Made by a program: the position numbers and the translations under genes | NCBI GenBank assembly: GCA_014730235.1 | Contig: WJIO01000153.1 | Coordinates: 1-53,703 of the forward strand | From: Candidatus Poribacteria bacterium | Lineage (GTDB): Bacteria > Poribacteria > DTPJ01 > WJIO01 | Length of the DNA: 53,703 nt | Direction: 5' to 3' | Notes under the pieces: generated by a model | What the model was told of the DNA's origin: nothing | The model's input: only the letters and a program-made list of their open reading frames with translations | The model's database searches: none | Part shown: one piece after another, positions 9,162-17,750 of the stretch | How the letters are laid out: every line of letters begins with the position of its first letter | How positions within the stretch are numbered: position 1 is the first letter of the stretch

Positions 9162-9497
9162 ATGAAAATTTTGGTTTTATTATTATTTTTTACTATTGTG
9201 CTTTCCGGATGTATAGGTTTTTATACAAGCATATCGGATATAAAAGAACATCCCAACGAATACGAAGGAAAAGAAGTAAGCGTCAAAGGACGTGTAATAG
9301 AAACATTCTCTGTACCCTTTGTAAGAAAGGGGATGTTCCAGATAGAGGATAAAACAGGTAAAATATGGGTTATATCCGGAAACCGAATGCCCACAAGAGG
9401 TGATGATATAAAAGTAAAAGGTAAAGTCAAAACAGGTTTCACCATAAGTGGAAAGACTTATGGAACTGTAGTCGTAGAAGGTAAGGAAGAAGGTTAA
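9162..9497 (+). CDS. OB-fold lipoprotein
   Basis: Lipobox LSGC; V.VKG.V ... IED.TGKIWV ... GD.IKVKG pattern. Confidence 0.7.
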   Translation: MKILVLLLFFTIVLSGCIGFYTSISDIKEHPNEYEGKEVSVKGRVIETFSVPFVRKGMFQIEDKTGKIWVISGNRMPTRGDDIKVKGKVKTGFTISGKTYGTVVVEGKEEG

Positions 9498-9524
9498 TAG
9501 ACTAAACTACCGGAGGTGTGTTAA

Positions 9525-10754
9525 ATGAGCCGTCTTTATGCAGGCTTTTTTGTGTTTATCTTGGTTGTTGGATTATGGGGATGCGCTTCTGTTCGAAAAA
9601 CCATTATTGCAGAACAGGAATGGAGCGAAAACTATGCCATGATGGAAGATGTGGAAATTACAGACCCAAAAATGGCTGACGGAAATAAAAGGACAGAGGG
9701 AGAAACTCAGTCGCCTGTTGATTCCAGAGGTACTACAGAATTTACAGAGGCACTGGTTAAATTCCCGGAAAAAAAATCAGTACGCAGGATTGTTCTGTAT
9801 ACATCAAACATAGAAGATATGAGTCTGTATGCAGCAGGTGATGATGAAGGTGTATGGAAACCTCTGGAAGATATAGATAATAATCAGGAAAAAATGCTGG
9901 AATTTGACGTAGGTGTTGATACTGATGCCATAAGAATCCGGGTGCGGGGAACTTCTGATGATGAAAGACTCCCCGGAACTCGTTCCCGTAGCGGCAGAAG
10001 ACGCAGGGCTAAGGGTAAAATACAGGAACTCGAAATTTACGGGTACGTTGATAAAACTGAAACCCCGGGAGCTACAGAATCAGGAAAAGCCTTTGTCACA
10101 ACAGCCGATGGTTCGCTTATTCCTGCTCAACAAGCAGAACCGGAGATTCCACCGGCGGAATTAATGTTGGAAACACCAAAAAACACATATAGCCTTGCAG
10201 AGCCTATACCTGTAAAGGTAAATATAGAGGTAGGAGAAGAACAGCTTGTGGTGCTTGCCTATTCTGTTAAAGATGAGACTATATGCACCAGATTGACCGT
10301 TAAAAACGCCGCTGGGGAAACAATAGCATGCACCAAGCCAAAGCCCAAGATAGATCCCATAAAGCCATATCGCGGGGCGGGTAAACCCGTAAATGTGAGA
10401 AACGCTGAAACTCTGGATGCAGAATCGGTGAAAATTGTGGAAATTGCAGACCTGAAGGAATATTATCCCATAACAGAAGCAGGAACTTACACCGTTCAAA
10501 TGGATATGTCCCTGGAAAATCACACAAGATACGTGGGTAGAATCCAAACCCAGATATCTGATCTGGAGCGAACAATCCGGGATGTAAACAGCAGATCCAA
10601 TTATTCACAGACAGAAAAAGCTGGAATTGTCCAGGGATTAAAGGATGAAATTGAGCAGTTGAAGAAAAAGAAAGGCAAAAGATATATTGTAATTGGTTCA
10701 AAGGGAGAAATGCTTGAACTTAGTTCCAATAAATTGGAATTGACCGTTCAATAA
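9525..10754 (+). CDS. Lipoprotein with a discoidin/F5-8-like domain and a second beta-rich domain
   Basis: Lipobox LWGC; MADGN ... TDAIRIRV ... IQELEIYG pattern; C-terminal EAGTYTVQ strand and helical hairpin. Confidence 0.55.
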   Translation: MSRLYAGFFVFILVVGLWGCASVRKTIIAEQEWSENYAMMEDVEITDPKMADGNKRTEGETQSPVDSRGTTEFTEALVKFPEKKSVRRIVLYTSNIEDMSLYAAGDDEGVWKPLEDIDNNQEKMLEFDVGVDTDAIRIRVRGTSDDERLPGTRSRSGRRRRAKGKIQELEIYGYVDKTETPGATESGKAFVTTADGSLIPAQQAEPEIPPAELMLETPKNTYSLAEPIPVKVNIEVGEEQLVVLAYSVKDETICTRLTVKNAAGETIACTKPKPKIDPIKPYRGAGKPVNVRNAETLDAESVKIVEIADLKEYYPITEAGTYTVQMDMSLENHTRYVGRIQTQISDLERTIRDVNSRSNYSQTEKAGIVQGLKDEIEQLKKKKGKRYIVIGSKGEMLELSSNKLELTVQ

Positions 10755-10757
10755 ATT

Positions 10758-10792
10758 TATACAGGTTGGTTTTATTAAAACCAACCTGTATA
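10758..10792. terminator. Hairpin, probable terminator
   Basis: 16-bp arms TATACAGGTTGGTTTT / AAAACCAACCTGTATA immediately after the stop at 10754. Confidence 0.6.
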
Positions 10793-10859
10793 GTAATCGT
10801 TAAAAAATGAATATATTTACCACACTAAAACCGTAAGAACCTCATTTTTTAACGATTAC
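10793..10859. repeat. Miniature element with 18-bp inverted ends enclosing a solo ISL3-like MITE end
   Basis: GTAATCGTTAAAAAATGA ... TCATTTTTTAACGATTAC around CCACACTAAAACCGTAAGAACC; the same left end recurs at 27704. Confidence 0.65.
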
Positions 10860-10984
10860 GTATAATAAACATTTTTGCCTTAAGCATTGCAATATTTGGC
10901 TTTAGCTAATTTTAACAAATCCCAGCAAGCTTATAAAATTTCCTTTAATCAACATCGTTCCATGTAAGGAGGAACCCCAGCACA

Positions 10985-11749
10985 ATGAAAAAGATAATTT
11001 TATCCATTTCCATAACATTTATTTTAATATTATCACTATATGTATATTCTCAGGAAAATTCATTAACCGGTGAAGAAATTATGAAAAAGGTGGATGAAAA
11101 TGCTTTTTATGAAAAGATAGAGTATAGAGGCAAAATGATCATAAAAAAAGGTGATAAGTCCAGATTTAAAACCATGCATGTCTATGCAGAAGGAGAAGAA
11201 AAAGCCTTAATTGAATTCACAAATCCCGGTGACGCCGGAACAAAATATTTAAAACTTTCGAATGAATTGTGGATATATTTCCCCGACGCGGAGGAAATAG
11301 TAAAAATTTCCGGACATATGCTGAGAGAAAGCATGATGGGCAGTGATTTTTCCTATGAGGATATGATGGAAAATGAAAAACTGCTGGAAAAATATGATGT
11401 GGATGTTATAGGAAGCGAAATTGTTAAACAGGCAGAAGAGGAGAGGAGTTGCTATGTTCTGGAGCTAAATGCGAAGGAAAAGGATGTGACCTATGCAAAG
11501 CGAAAAGTCTGGGTAGACAAAGAACGCTTTGTGGTTTTAAAAGGTCAGCTATTTGCCCTTTCCGGAAAATTACTTAAAGAAATGGTTGTCAACAAAGTTC
11601 AAAAATATGATAACAGGTATTTTGCCACAGAACTGGTCATGACAAACAAGCTAATAGATGATAGTTCAACGGTTTTCCAGATGGAAGAGATAGATTTTGA
11701 TGTTGATTTTCCTGACCGAATTTTCTCAAAACGTAGCCTTGAAAGATAA
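10985..11749 (+). CDS. Outer membrane lipoprotein-sorting (LolA-like) protein
   Basis: Signal peptide; F..P...GTKYL, LWIYFP, MMGSDFSYEDM and F..R.LER motifs. Confidence 0.85.
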   Translation: MKKIILSISITFILILSLYVYSQENSLTGEEIMKKVDENAFYEKIEYRGKMIIKKGDKSRFKTMHVYAEGEEKALIEFTNPGDAGTKYLKLSNELWIYFPDAEEIVKISGHMLRESMMGSDFSYEDMMENEKLLEKYDVDVIGSEIVKQAEEERSCYVLELNAKEKDVTYAKRKVWVDKERFVVLKGQLFALSGKLLKEMVVNKVQKYDNRYFATELVMTNKLIDDSSTVFQMEEIDFDVDFPDRIFSKRSLER

Positions 11750-11770
11750 TTAACCAATTTAAAAAGTTGC

Positions 11771-11799
11771 TTGACAACCTTGATTGGCCATTGTATAAT
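11771..11799 (+). promoter_or_regulatory. Consensus sigma70 promoter
   Basis: Perfect TTGACA-17 bp-TATAAT. Confidence 0.85.
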
Positions 11800-11915
11800 G
11801 TAAACAGAGATACAGGCATAGATAGGTGGTGGCAGCAAGAAGCAATCATAAAGCTTTCATCTTACCTTTGAATTTAATTGCGGGTTGTGGTCTGAATTGA
11901 GGAGGTATTTCTACC

Positions 11916-13370
11916 ATGCGTAGTAGCAAAAATACCAAGGGCACGGGTCAGGCATTTATTATTTCACTGATCCTGCACGGAGCGATATTGCTGGTTCTAG
12001 GCGCATATATCGCTTATACCCAAAGCCCACCGGTAAAAGAGTGGGTGGCAAGTACGTTCCTTAAGGCTCAGAAGGAAATTAAGCCTAAAGAACGTCAGGA
12101 AGAGGTAAAACCTGTTGTAAGGCCTACTATACCGACTGAACAGCCGGTACAGATTCAGGATGTGCAGGTGGCACCTCGTGTAACTACCGCTGCTGTTGTT
12201 AGAGCACCGAGAGTTACTACAAGTACAGTTTTGGAGTTTAGCACAACTCCTGTTCGTCATGATGTCCAGATTAATCCCAACGTACCCAAAGTAAGGGTAA
12301 TGCCGGAAGTTGTGACTTACGCGAATATTCCAACTACTGCAACTCCTGGAGCGGTTTCTTTCTCTGCTCCTGTTGCTGCTCCTTCTGCACCTACTGTCGG
12401 AAGAGGTATAGTGGGAACACAGGTTAGAGTTGCAAGAGGTCCCATGAAGCCCAAGGGACTTACCATGATCAAAAATATCACTGTTGCCGATACCGGTCTG
12501 GCTGATGTTGCCAAAGCTGTAACGCTGGGTAAAGTCGCAGTCGCACCTTTACCCAAAGGTGAACCCGGTGGTCGCGTTATTGGTCGTGGTAAAGACATTC
12601 AGGGCGTTTTTCGTCTTGTCAGAGTTCATCATGACCTGGCCGACTGGTGGGCTGACCAATCATCATTGGTTGCCGTTACCGAATGGCTTAACACACAAAC
12701 CAAAATTAAAACTGACATGAATGTTGAGGGTGGCTCTATAAGATTGACCGATCCTAAGTTGTCTAAAGCCCCGCTGGTGTTCTTTACCGGGCATGACCCA
12801 TCTCATGTGAGAAGTCGTAACCTGGCTCGTGGAGCACCTCTTAAAAGTAGACTCTCCGAGCAGGAAAAAGACGGTTTGAGAAAGTATCTCATCGAAGATG
12901 GTGGTTTTGTATACTTCGATGACTGCGGAGTGAATGCTCCTGCCCAGGCCTTCCTGAGACTTACTCTAGCCCAGTTAAGATACGCTATGCCGGAATACAG
13001 TGTAGATAGAATACCAAATGATCATCTGATATACAATAATTATTATGACATGGGTGGTCCTCCCGTCGGATTTGATATATTCTGGTGGGGTACACATCCT
13101 CCAAAACGTAACTTCCTGGAAGGTGTGACAGTAGGAGATCATCTGGCTGTTATGGTATGTCGTAGAGACTATATGTGTGCTATGGAAAGTGTCAGTCTAC
13201 CAACAAGAACTGTTCACTATTCTCCCGGCGTGTATAGGTTTACCACAAACGTTATCGTATATTCTCTGACTCATGGTGGAATAAGCGACTATTCTGACTA
13301 TGTTCCGGAAGATACTACTGCTGATGAAATTTCAATTGATGCACCTACCCTTGTTCCATCATTGGAATGA
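11916..13370 (+). CDS. DUF4159-domain protein with a TonB/TolA-type TM anchor and Pro/Thr/Val-rich linker
   Basis: TM helix ISLILHGAILL (S-x3-H); about 190-aa P/T/V/A-rich linker; C-terminal P..FFTGH, LRKYL..GGF..FDDC, IP.DH.IY motifs. Confidence 0.75.
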   Translation: MRSSKNTKGTGQAFIISLILHGAILLVLGAYIAYTQSPPVKEWVASTFLKAQKEIKPKERQEEVKPVVRPTIPTEQPVQIQDVQVAPRVTTAAVVRAPRVTTSTVLEFSTTPVRHDVQINPNVPKVRVMPEVVTYANIPTTATPGAVSFSAPVAAPSAPTVGRGIVGTQVRVARGPMKPKGLTMIKNITVADTGLADVAKAVTLGKVAVAPLPKGEPGGRVIGRGKDIQGVFRLVRVHHDLADWWADQSSLVAVTEWLNTQTKIKTDMNVEGGSIRLTDPKLSKAPLVFFTGHDPSHVRSRNLARGAPLKSRLSEQEKDGLRKYLIEDGGFVYFDDCGVNAPAQAFLRLTLAQLRYAMPEYSVDRIPNDHLIYNNYYDMGGPPVGFDIFWWGTHPPKRNFLEGVTVGDHLAVMVCRRDYMCAMESVSLPTRTVHYSPGVYRFTTNVIVYSLTHGGISDYSDYVPEDTTADEISIDAPTLVPSLE

Positions 13371-13411
13371 TAAAAAAGACAAGGTTAGGAGTATAAGAAT
13401 AAATATTATAT

Positions 13412-13445
13412 TAAAGCCTCTCCAGCTTGTCTGTGAGAGGCTTTA
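13412..13445 (+). terminator. Probable terminator
   Basis: Stem TAAAGCCTCTC / GAGAGGCTTTA after the DUF4159 gene. Confidence 0.6.
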
Positions 13446-13470
13446 TTCATGTTTGATAAGGAGAAATTCA

Positions 13471-14484
13471 ATGACAAAACTCCACACGAATATACCATTT
13501 GGTTACTTTACAGGTATAATCATTTTGTTATCCCTTATATTTACATCTGTTTCTTACGCTCAATATAATGGTGAATGTTGGGCGGCTGATTATACAAATG
13601 TTTTTATAATAGCTGCCGACGGTAGCGCTTCACAAATAGGCGGTTTTAGTCAACCTATGTCTATATCTATCAATCCCAACGATGGTACTGCCTGGGTTGC
13701 GGATACCGACATGATACAGGTTAGAAAGTTTTCTCCCCAGGGACAGGAATTAAAAAAACTCGATGGAGCAGCTAACGCAAGCCTGTTTGCAAAAACTCCC
13801 CAAACTTTGACAAATCCTATATCAGTAGCTGTTGATCCTAATGACGGCGCATGCTGGGTTGCCACAAAAAATAATATTATAAAATTTTCTCCCGAAGCAA
13901 AGCAGTTGTTTATTCAGGAAGGTTTCAACGAACCCTTTTTGGCTGTCAACCCAAATAACGGAGATTGCTGGGTTGCCGACTCCAGTAATGCAAGAGTTGT
14001 AAGGCTTTCAAAACAGGGAAAACAGTTGGATGTTATACAGATAGATGAAATTACCCAACCAAAATCAATATCCGTAAATCCTGCTGATGGAAGCTGCTGG
14101 ATTTTGGACCCATTCACTTATATAGCTGCTAAAATTTCATCCGATGGTAAAATATCATCCAAGTTTAATGTGGTAGGCAATGACATGGCCATGATGGCTA
14201 CAGCAATAGCCGCATCATCCGATGGTGGTTGCTGGGTGGGCCTTATGATAGATATGATGAACGATAAAGTCATAAAGCTTTCTGCCGATGGTAAAAGGTC
14301 TTTAGAGGTAGCTGGTTTTGGTATGCCATCACGTTTAGTTGAAGATCCCAGGGACAAAAGTTGCTGGGTTGCTGACACTAACGGTGGCCAGATAGCTAAA
14401 ATTTCCGCCGGTGGTCAAATGACACCTTATATCCAGGGGTTACAACAGCCAAAGGTTGTTGAAGTTGCTTCACCTGTTAAATAA
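13471..14484 (+). CDS. Exported NHL-type beta-propeller protein
   Basis: Signal peptide; repeated P..(I/V).(V/I)(N/D)P.DG.CWVAD blades; RBS AAGGAG before ATG 13471. Confidence 0.8.
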   Translation: MTKLHTNIPFGYFTGIIILLSLIFTSVSYAQYNGECWAADYTNVFIIAADGSASQIGGFSQPMSISINPNDGTAWVADTDMIQVRKFSPQGQELKKLDGAANASLFAKTPQTLTNPISVAVDPNDGACWVATKNNIIKFSPEAKQLFIQEGFNEPFLAVNPNNGDCWVADSSNARVVRLSKQGKQLDVIQIDEITQPKSISVNPADGSCWILDPFTYIAAKISSDGKISSKFNVVGNDMAMMATAIAASSDGGCWVGLMIDMMNDKVIKLSADGKRSLEVAGFGMPSRLVEDPRDKSCWVADTNGGQIAKISAGGQMTPYIQGLQQPKVVEVASPVK

Positions 14485-14506
14485 TTACCGTATTTTGCGC
14501 ATTTTC

Positions 14507-14547
14507 AAGCCAGACATTGCCCTATATAGGGCAATGTCTGGCTTTTT
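14507..14547 (+). terminator. Intrinsic terminator (perfect 38-bp palindrome)
   Basis: AAGCCAGACATTGCCCTAT-ATAGGGCAATGTCTGGCTT followed by TTT. Confidence 0.75.
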
Positions 14548-14695
14548 CACCTACCTTAGTATTTACTAATTTTCTATCAATAAATTTAAAATCAATTTCA
14601 AAGCTATACCCGAAAGAACCAAAACTTTTAGATTAAAGGCTCTGTAAAAACTCTGTCTTTCAGGTAAAATACATGATAAAACACTTTGCATAATA

Positions 14696-14711
14696 TGGCA
14701 TGCTACTTGCA
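14696..14711 (+). promoter_or_regulatory. sigma54 (-24/-12) promoter
   Basis: TGGCATGCTACTTGCA = GG-N10-GC, about 48 bp upstream of ATG 14759. Confidence 0.7.
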
Positions 14712-14758
14712 AAAACGATCTTACATAACCTTTTTCTTAACACCATCTGGAGCATAAA

Positions 14759-17677
14759 ATGATTAAAAGACTAATACCGTTAGCAATTTTAATATGCTTT
14801 ATAAGTGCTTGTGGCATAAAGTCAGTATTCCATCGAGAGCCGCCACCTGTAAAACCCGAAGTGGTAAGAGAAGCCGACTGGACTGTTGATTTTAACGATG
14901 TATATTTCGTTGATGAAAACACCGGCTGGATAGTTGGACAGGAAGGAACAATAATCCATACCATTAATGGCGGTAAAAATTGGCAAAATCAGGATAGCGG
15001 CACAGATTCAACATTGAATAAAGTCGAATTCAATAATGAAAAAGACGGATGGGTCGTTGGCGATAACGGAATACTACTCCATACCATAGACGGCGGCAGA
15101 AATTGGCGAGTGATAAAACTCACCGATGCGAATTTAACTGATTTACATTTTGCAGATGCATATCGCGGCTGGATAACTGGCCAGGGTGGAGCACTTTATT
15201 TTACTCCCGATGGTGGTAAAACATGGAATTTTAAATCTTCCGGCATTGGAGAAGCTTTGCACAGTGTTTTCTTTTCAAGTCGACGGGAAGGATGGATACT
15301 CGCTGAATTTGGCCTTACTTTACATACTGAAGATGGCGGTAAAACATGGGATATGCAGAGGATAGATACCGTTCATAGTTTCCTTGAAACCCAATTCGTT
15401 GATGAACTTACCGGCTGGACAGTAGGCACAGGAGCAACTATTTACCATACAAAAGACGGTGGTAACATATGGGAATCCCAGGACGGTGAAATACCCGATC
15501 ACCATTATGCCATATTTGACCTGCATTTCACAGACGATATAAACGGTTGGCTTGTATCCCAGGATGGCACAGTATCTCATACTAATGATGCTGGCGAAAA
15601 CTGGAGCAAGCAGGAAACGGGAACCCGGAACGATCTCTTTGCAGTACATGCCATTGATAAAAACAACGTGTGGGTTGCAGGCTCTGGTGGAACTATACTA
15701 CATTCCACCGACGGCGGCGCAAACTGGAATATAGAGGCAGAAACCACGTCTGAAAACCTATCCGGTGTTGACGTTTCAGAAACAGGTAGCGGGTGGGCGG
15801 TGGGACATCGTGGAGCCATCTACCGTACAAATGACGGCGGAAAAAACTGGGAACGGCAGAACAGCGGAACGGTGGCAGGACTTAACAAGGTCTATGCTGT
15901 GGATGATAACCAGGCCTGGGCTATCGGTGAAGCCGGTAATATACTCCACACTGAGGATGGTGAAAGCTGGGAGATACAAAAGGGTAATGACTGGCTTGGG
16001 CTTCACGACGTTCAGTTCCTGAGCAAAAACAGCGGCTGGGCTGTAGGTGACATTGGTGGAGTATTTTTTACAAATGATGGCGGTGAAAATTGGATTGAAC
16101 AGCGCGGCTTTATCTTTGAATCCCTGAGGGCATTGCAGTTTGTCACCCCCAAAAAAGGCTGGATAGTGGGTTGGCCAGGTAAAATTCTTCATACTACAGA
16201 CGGTGGTAAAACATGGAAACAGCAAGATGGAGATACATATAACGAGCTTTACTCTGTATGCTTTGTTGACGAAAAAACAGGCTGGATATCCGGACAATAT
16301 GGCGTAGTGTTACACACAGAAGATGCTGGAAAAACCTGGGTAGAGCAGAATACGGGAACGGATGTCAACCTTAATAAAATATACTTCGCATCGCCAAAAG
16401 CCGGTATTGCTGTAGGGGATAAAGGCATTTTAATCGTAACACAGGACGGTGGAAAAACATGGAAAAGATACGACAGCGGAACTACCGAAAATCTAAAGGA
16501 TATAAGCGTTGGAAAAGATAAACTCATCGCTGTAGGTGAAAATGGTGTAGCTGTGGATTATAAAATACCATCCGTTACAAATTATTCCAGGCGAAAGCTG
16601 GTAATTCAGGAAAACTCAAAGCCTCAAAAATCAGATTTAGACGTGGTTTGGGAACAATCCAAAACCTCTGGTAATTCTATTCTCAATCGAGTATACTTTA
16701 TTGATGCTTTAAATGGCTGGTCGGTGGGAAATAAGAATATCATATTACATACAACAGACGGCGGTGGTAACTGGAAAATACAGAAATCTCCGATTGAAGC
16801 ATCCATCGTCGGGCTTAAGTTTATCTCATCAAAATTGGGCTGGATTATTTCAGATAACGCAACTGTTTTATACACCAGCGACGGTGGAAACACATGGAGT
16901 GTCCAGAACGCCGATTCCCGGCCGGTAATGACTGTTCTTGATGCCAACCTGTCGCCGGTAAAGGTAAGCTATGAGTTAAACGCAGCATATTTTCCCGTAT
17001 CCAGCGAAGGATGGGCTGTGGGCAACAGCGGAGCCATACTCCATAACATTGACGGTGGAACAGAATGGACACCCCAGGAAAGCCAGAGCGGCGCTCCATT
17101 GAAAGATATACATTTCCCTGACCAGAATCACGCCTGGGTGGTGGGTTCATGGGGTGCTATTCTATACACCAATGATGCAGGCGAAAATTGGCTGGTGCAA
17201 ACCAGTAATACAGGCTATGATCTGGAAGGCGTATATTTCATAAGCCCTGATGAAGGCTGGGTAGTAGGCAAATACGGTATAATCCTTCACACTAATGACA
17301 GCGGCGTGGAATGGTCATCCCAGGACAGCGGTGTAGATGAACATCTATATTCTGTATGCTTTGTGAATAAAAACGAAGGCTGGGCTGTTGGACAGAATGG
17401 AACTGTAATCCATACATCCGACGGAGGTATGAGTTGGCAGCAGGAAGGTTCTGGAACTGATAAAGATTTATATCATATAATTTATGTGAAAGACATTGGT
17501 TTGGTAGCTGTAGGCGCAGATTCTACTGTTATTATGAGATATGTTGATTCTTCAAGATTAGTTAAAATTTTTGGCTCTTCCGGGTTCAGTATGGTAAAGA
17601 TAAGAAACTTCCTTATGCCGTCATTCCTGCGAAAACCAACAGCCAATAAGTTGGGTAAAATTTTCAATTATAACTAA
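14759..17677 (+). CDS. YCF48/BNR (Asp-box) repeat multi-propeller lipoprotein
   Basis: Lipobox ISAC; about 20 repeats of L..V.F.....GW.VG..G.I.HT.DGG..W; C-terminal tail encoded by a MITE. Confidence 0.9.
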   Translation: MIKRLIPLAILICFISACGIKSVFHREPPPVKPEVVREADWTVDFNDVYFVDENTGWIVGQEGTIIHTINGGKNWQNQDSGTDSTLNKVEFNNEKDGWVVGDNGILLHTIDGGRNWRVIKLTDANLTDLHFADAYRGWITGQGGALYFTPDGGKTWNFKSSGIGEALHSVFFSSRREGWILAEFGLTLHTEDGGKTWDMQRIDTVHSFLETQFVDELTGWTVGTGATIYHTKDGGNIWESQDGEIPDHHYAIFDLHFTDDINGWLVSQDGTVSHTNDAGENWSKQETGTRNDLFAVHAIDKNNVWVAGSGGTILHSTDGGANWNIEAETTSENLSGVDVSETGSGWAVGHRGAIYRTNDGGKNWERQNSGTVAGLNKVYAVDDNQAWAIGEAGNILHTEDGESWEIQKGNDWLGLHDVQFLSKNSGWAVGDIGGVFFTNDGGENWIEQRGFIFESLRALQFVTPKKGWIVGWPGKILHTTDGGKTWKQQDGDTYNELYSVCFVDEKTGWISGQYGVVLHTEDAGKTWVEQNTGTDVNLNKIYFASPKAGIAVGDKGILIVTQDGGKTWKRYDSGTTENLKDISVGKDKLIAVGENGVAVDYKIPSVTNYSRRKLVIQENSKPQKSDLDVVWEQSKTSGNSILNRVYFIDALNGWSVGNKNIILHTTDGGGNWKIQKSPIEASIVGLKFISSKLGWIISDNATVLYTSDGGNTWSVQNADSRPVMTVLDANLSPVKVSYELNAAYFPVSSEGWAVGNSGAILHNIDGGTEWTPQESQSGAPLKDIHFPDQNHAWVVGSWGAILYTNDAGENWLVQTSNTGYDLEGVYFISPDEGWVVGKYGIILHTNDSGVEWSSQDSGVDEHLYSVCFVNKNEGWAVGQNGTVIHTSDGGMSWQQEGSGTDKDLYHIIYVKDIGLVAVGADSTVIMRYVDSSRLVKIFGSSGFSMVKIRNFLMPSFLRKPTANKLGKIFNYN

Positions 17678-17690
17678 ATCCGGAAGAACC
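17546..17690. mobile_element. ISL3-like MITE (plus an extra end fragment) overlapping the 3' end of the YCF48-like gene
   Basis: GGCTCTTCCGGGTTCAGTATGGTAAAGATAAGAAACTTC at 17573, half REP GTCATTCCTGCGAAA, right end CTAAATCCGGAAGAACC at 17690, degenerate end at 17546; no clear target duplication. Confidence 0.75.
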
Positions 17691-17750
17691 ACATATAATA
17701 CTGAATACTGGTTACTTAGTGCTGCTGAATTAACACGGAGGTATAACAAA

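Noticed and set aside
11800-11915. Riboswitch in the DUF4159 leader
   Set aside because: No recognisable riboswitch consensus or terminator; an Infernal/Rfam scan would be needed
14880-17530. Recurring GACGGCGG/TGG-type DNA motifs as a possible repeat array
   Set aside because: They are the codons of Asp-box/YCF48 protein repeats, not CRISPR or DNA-level repeats
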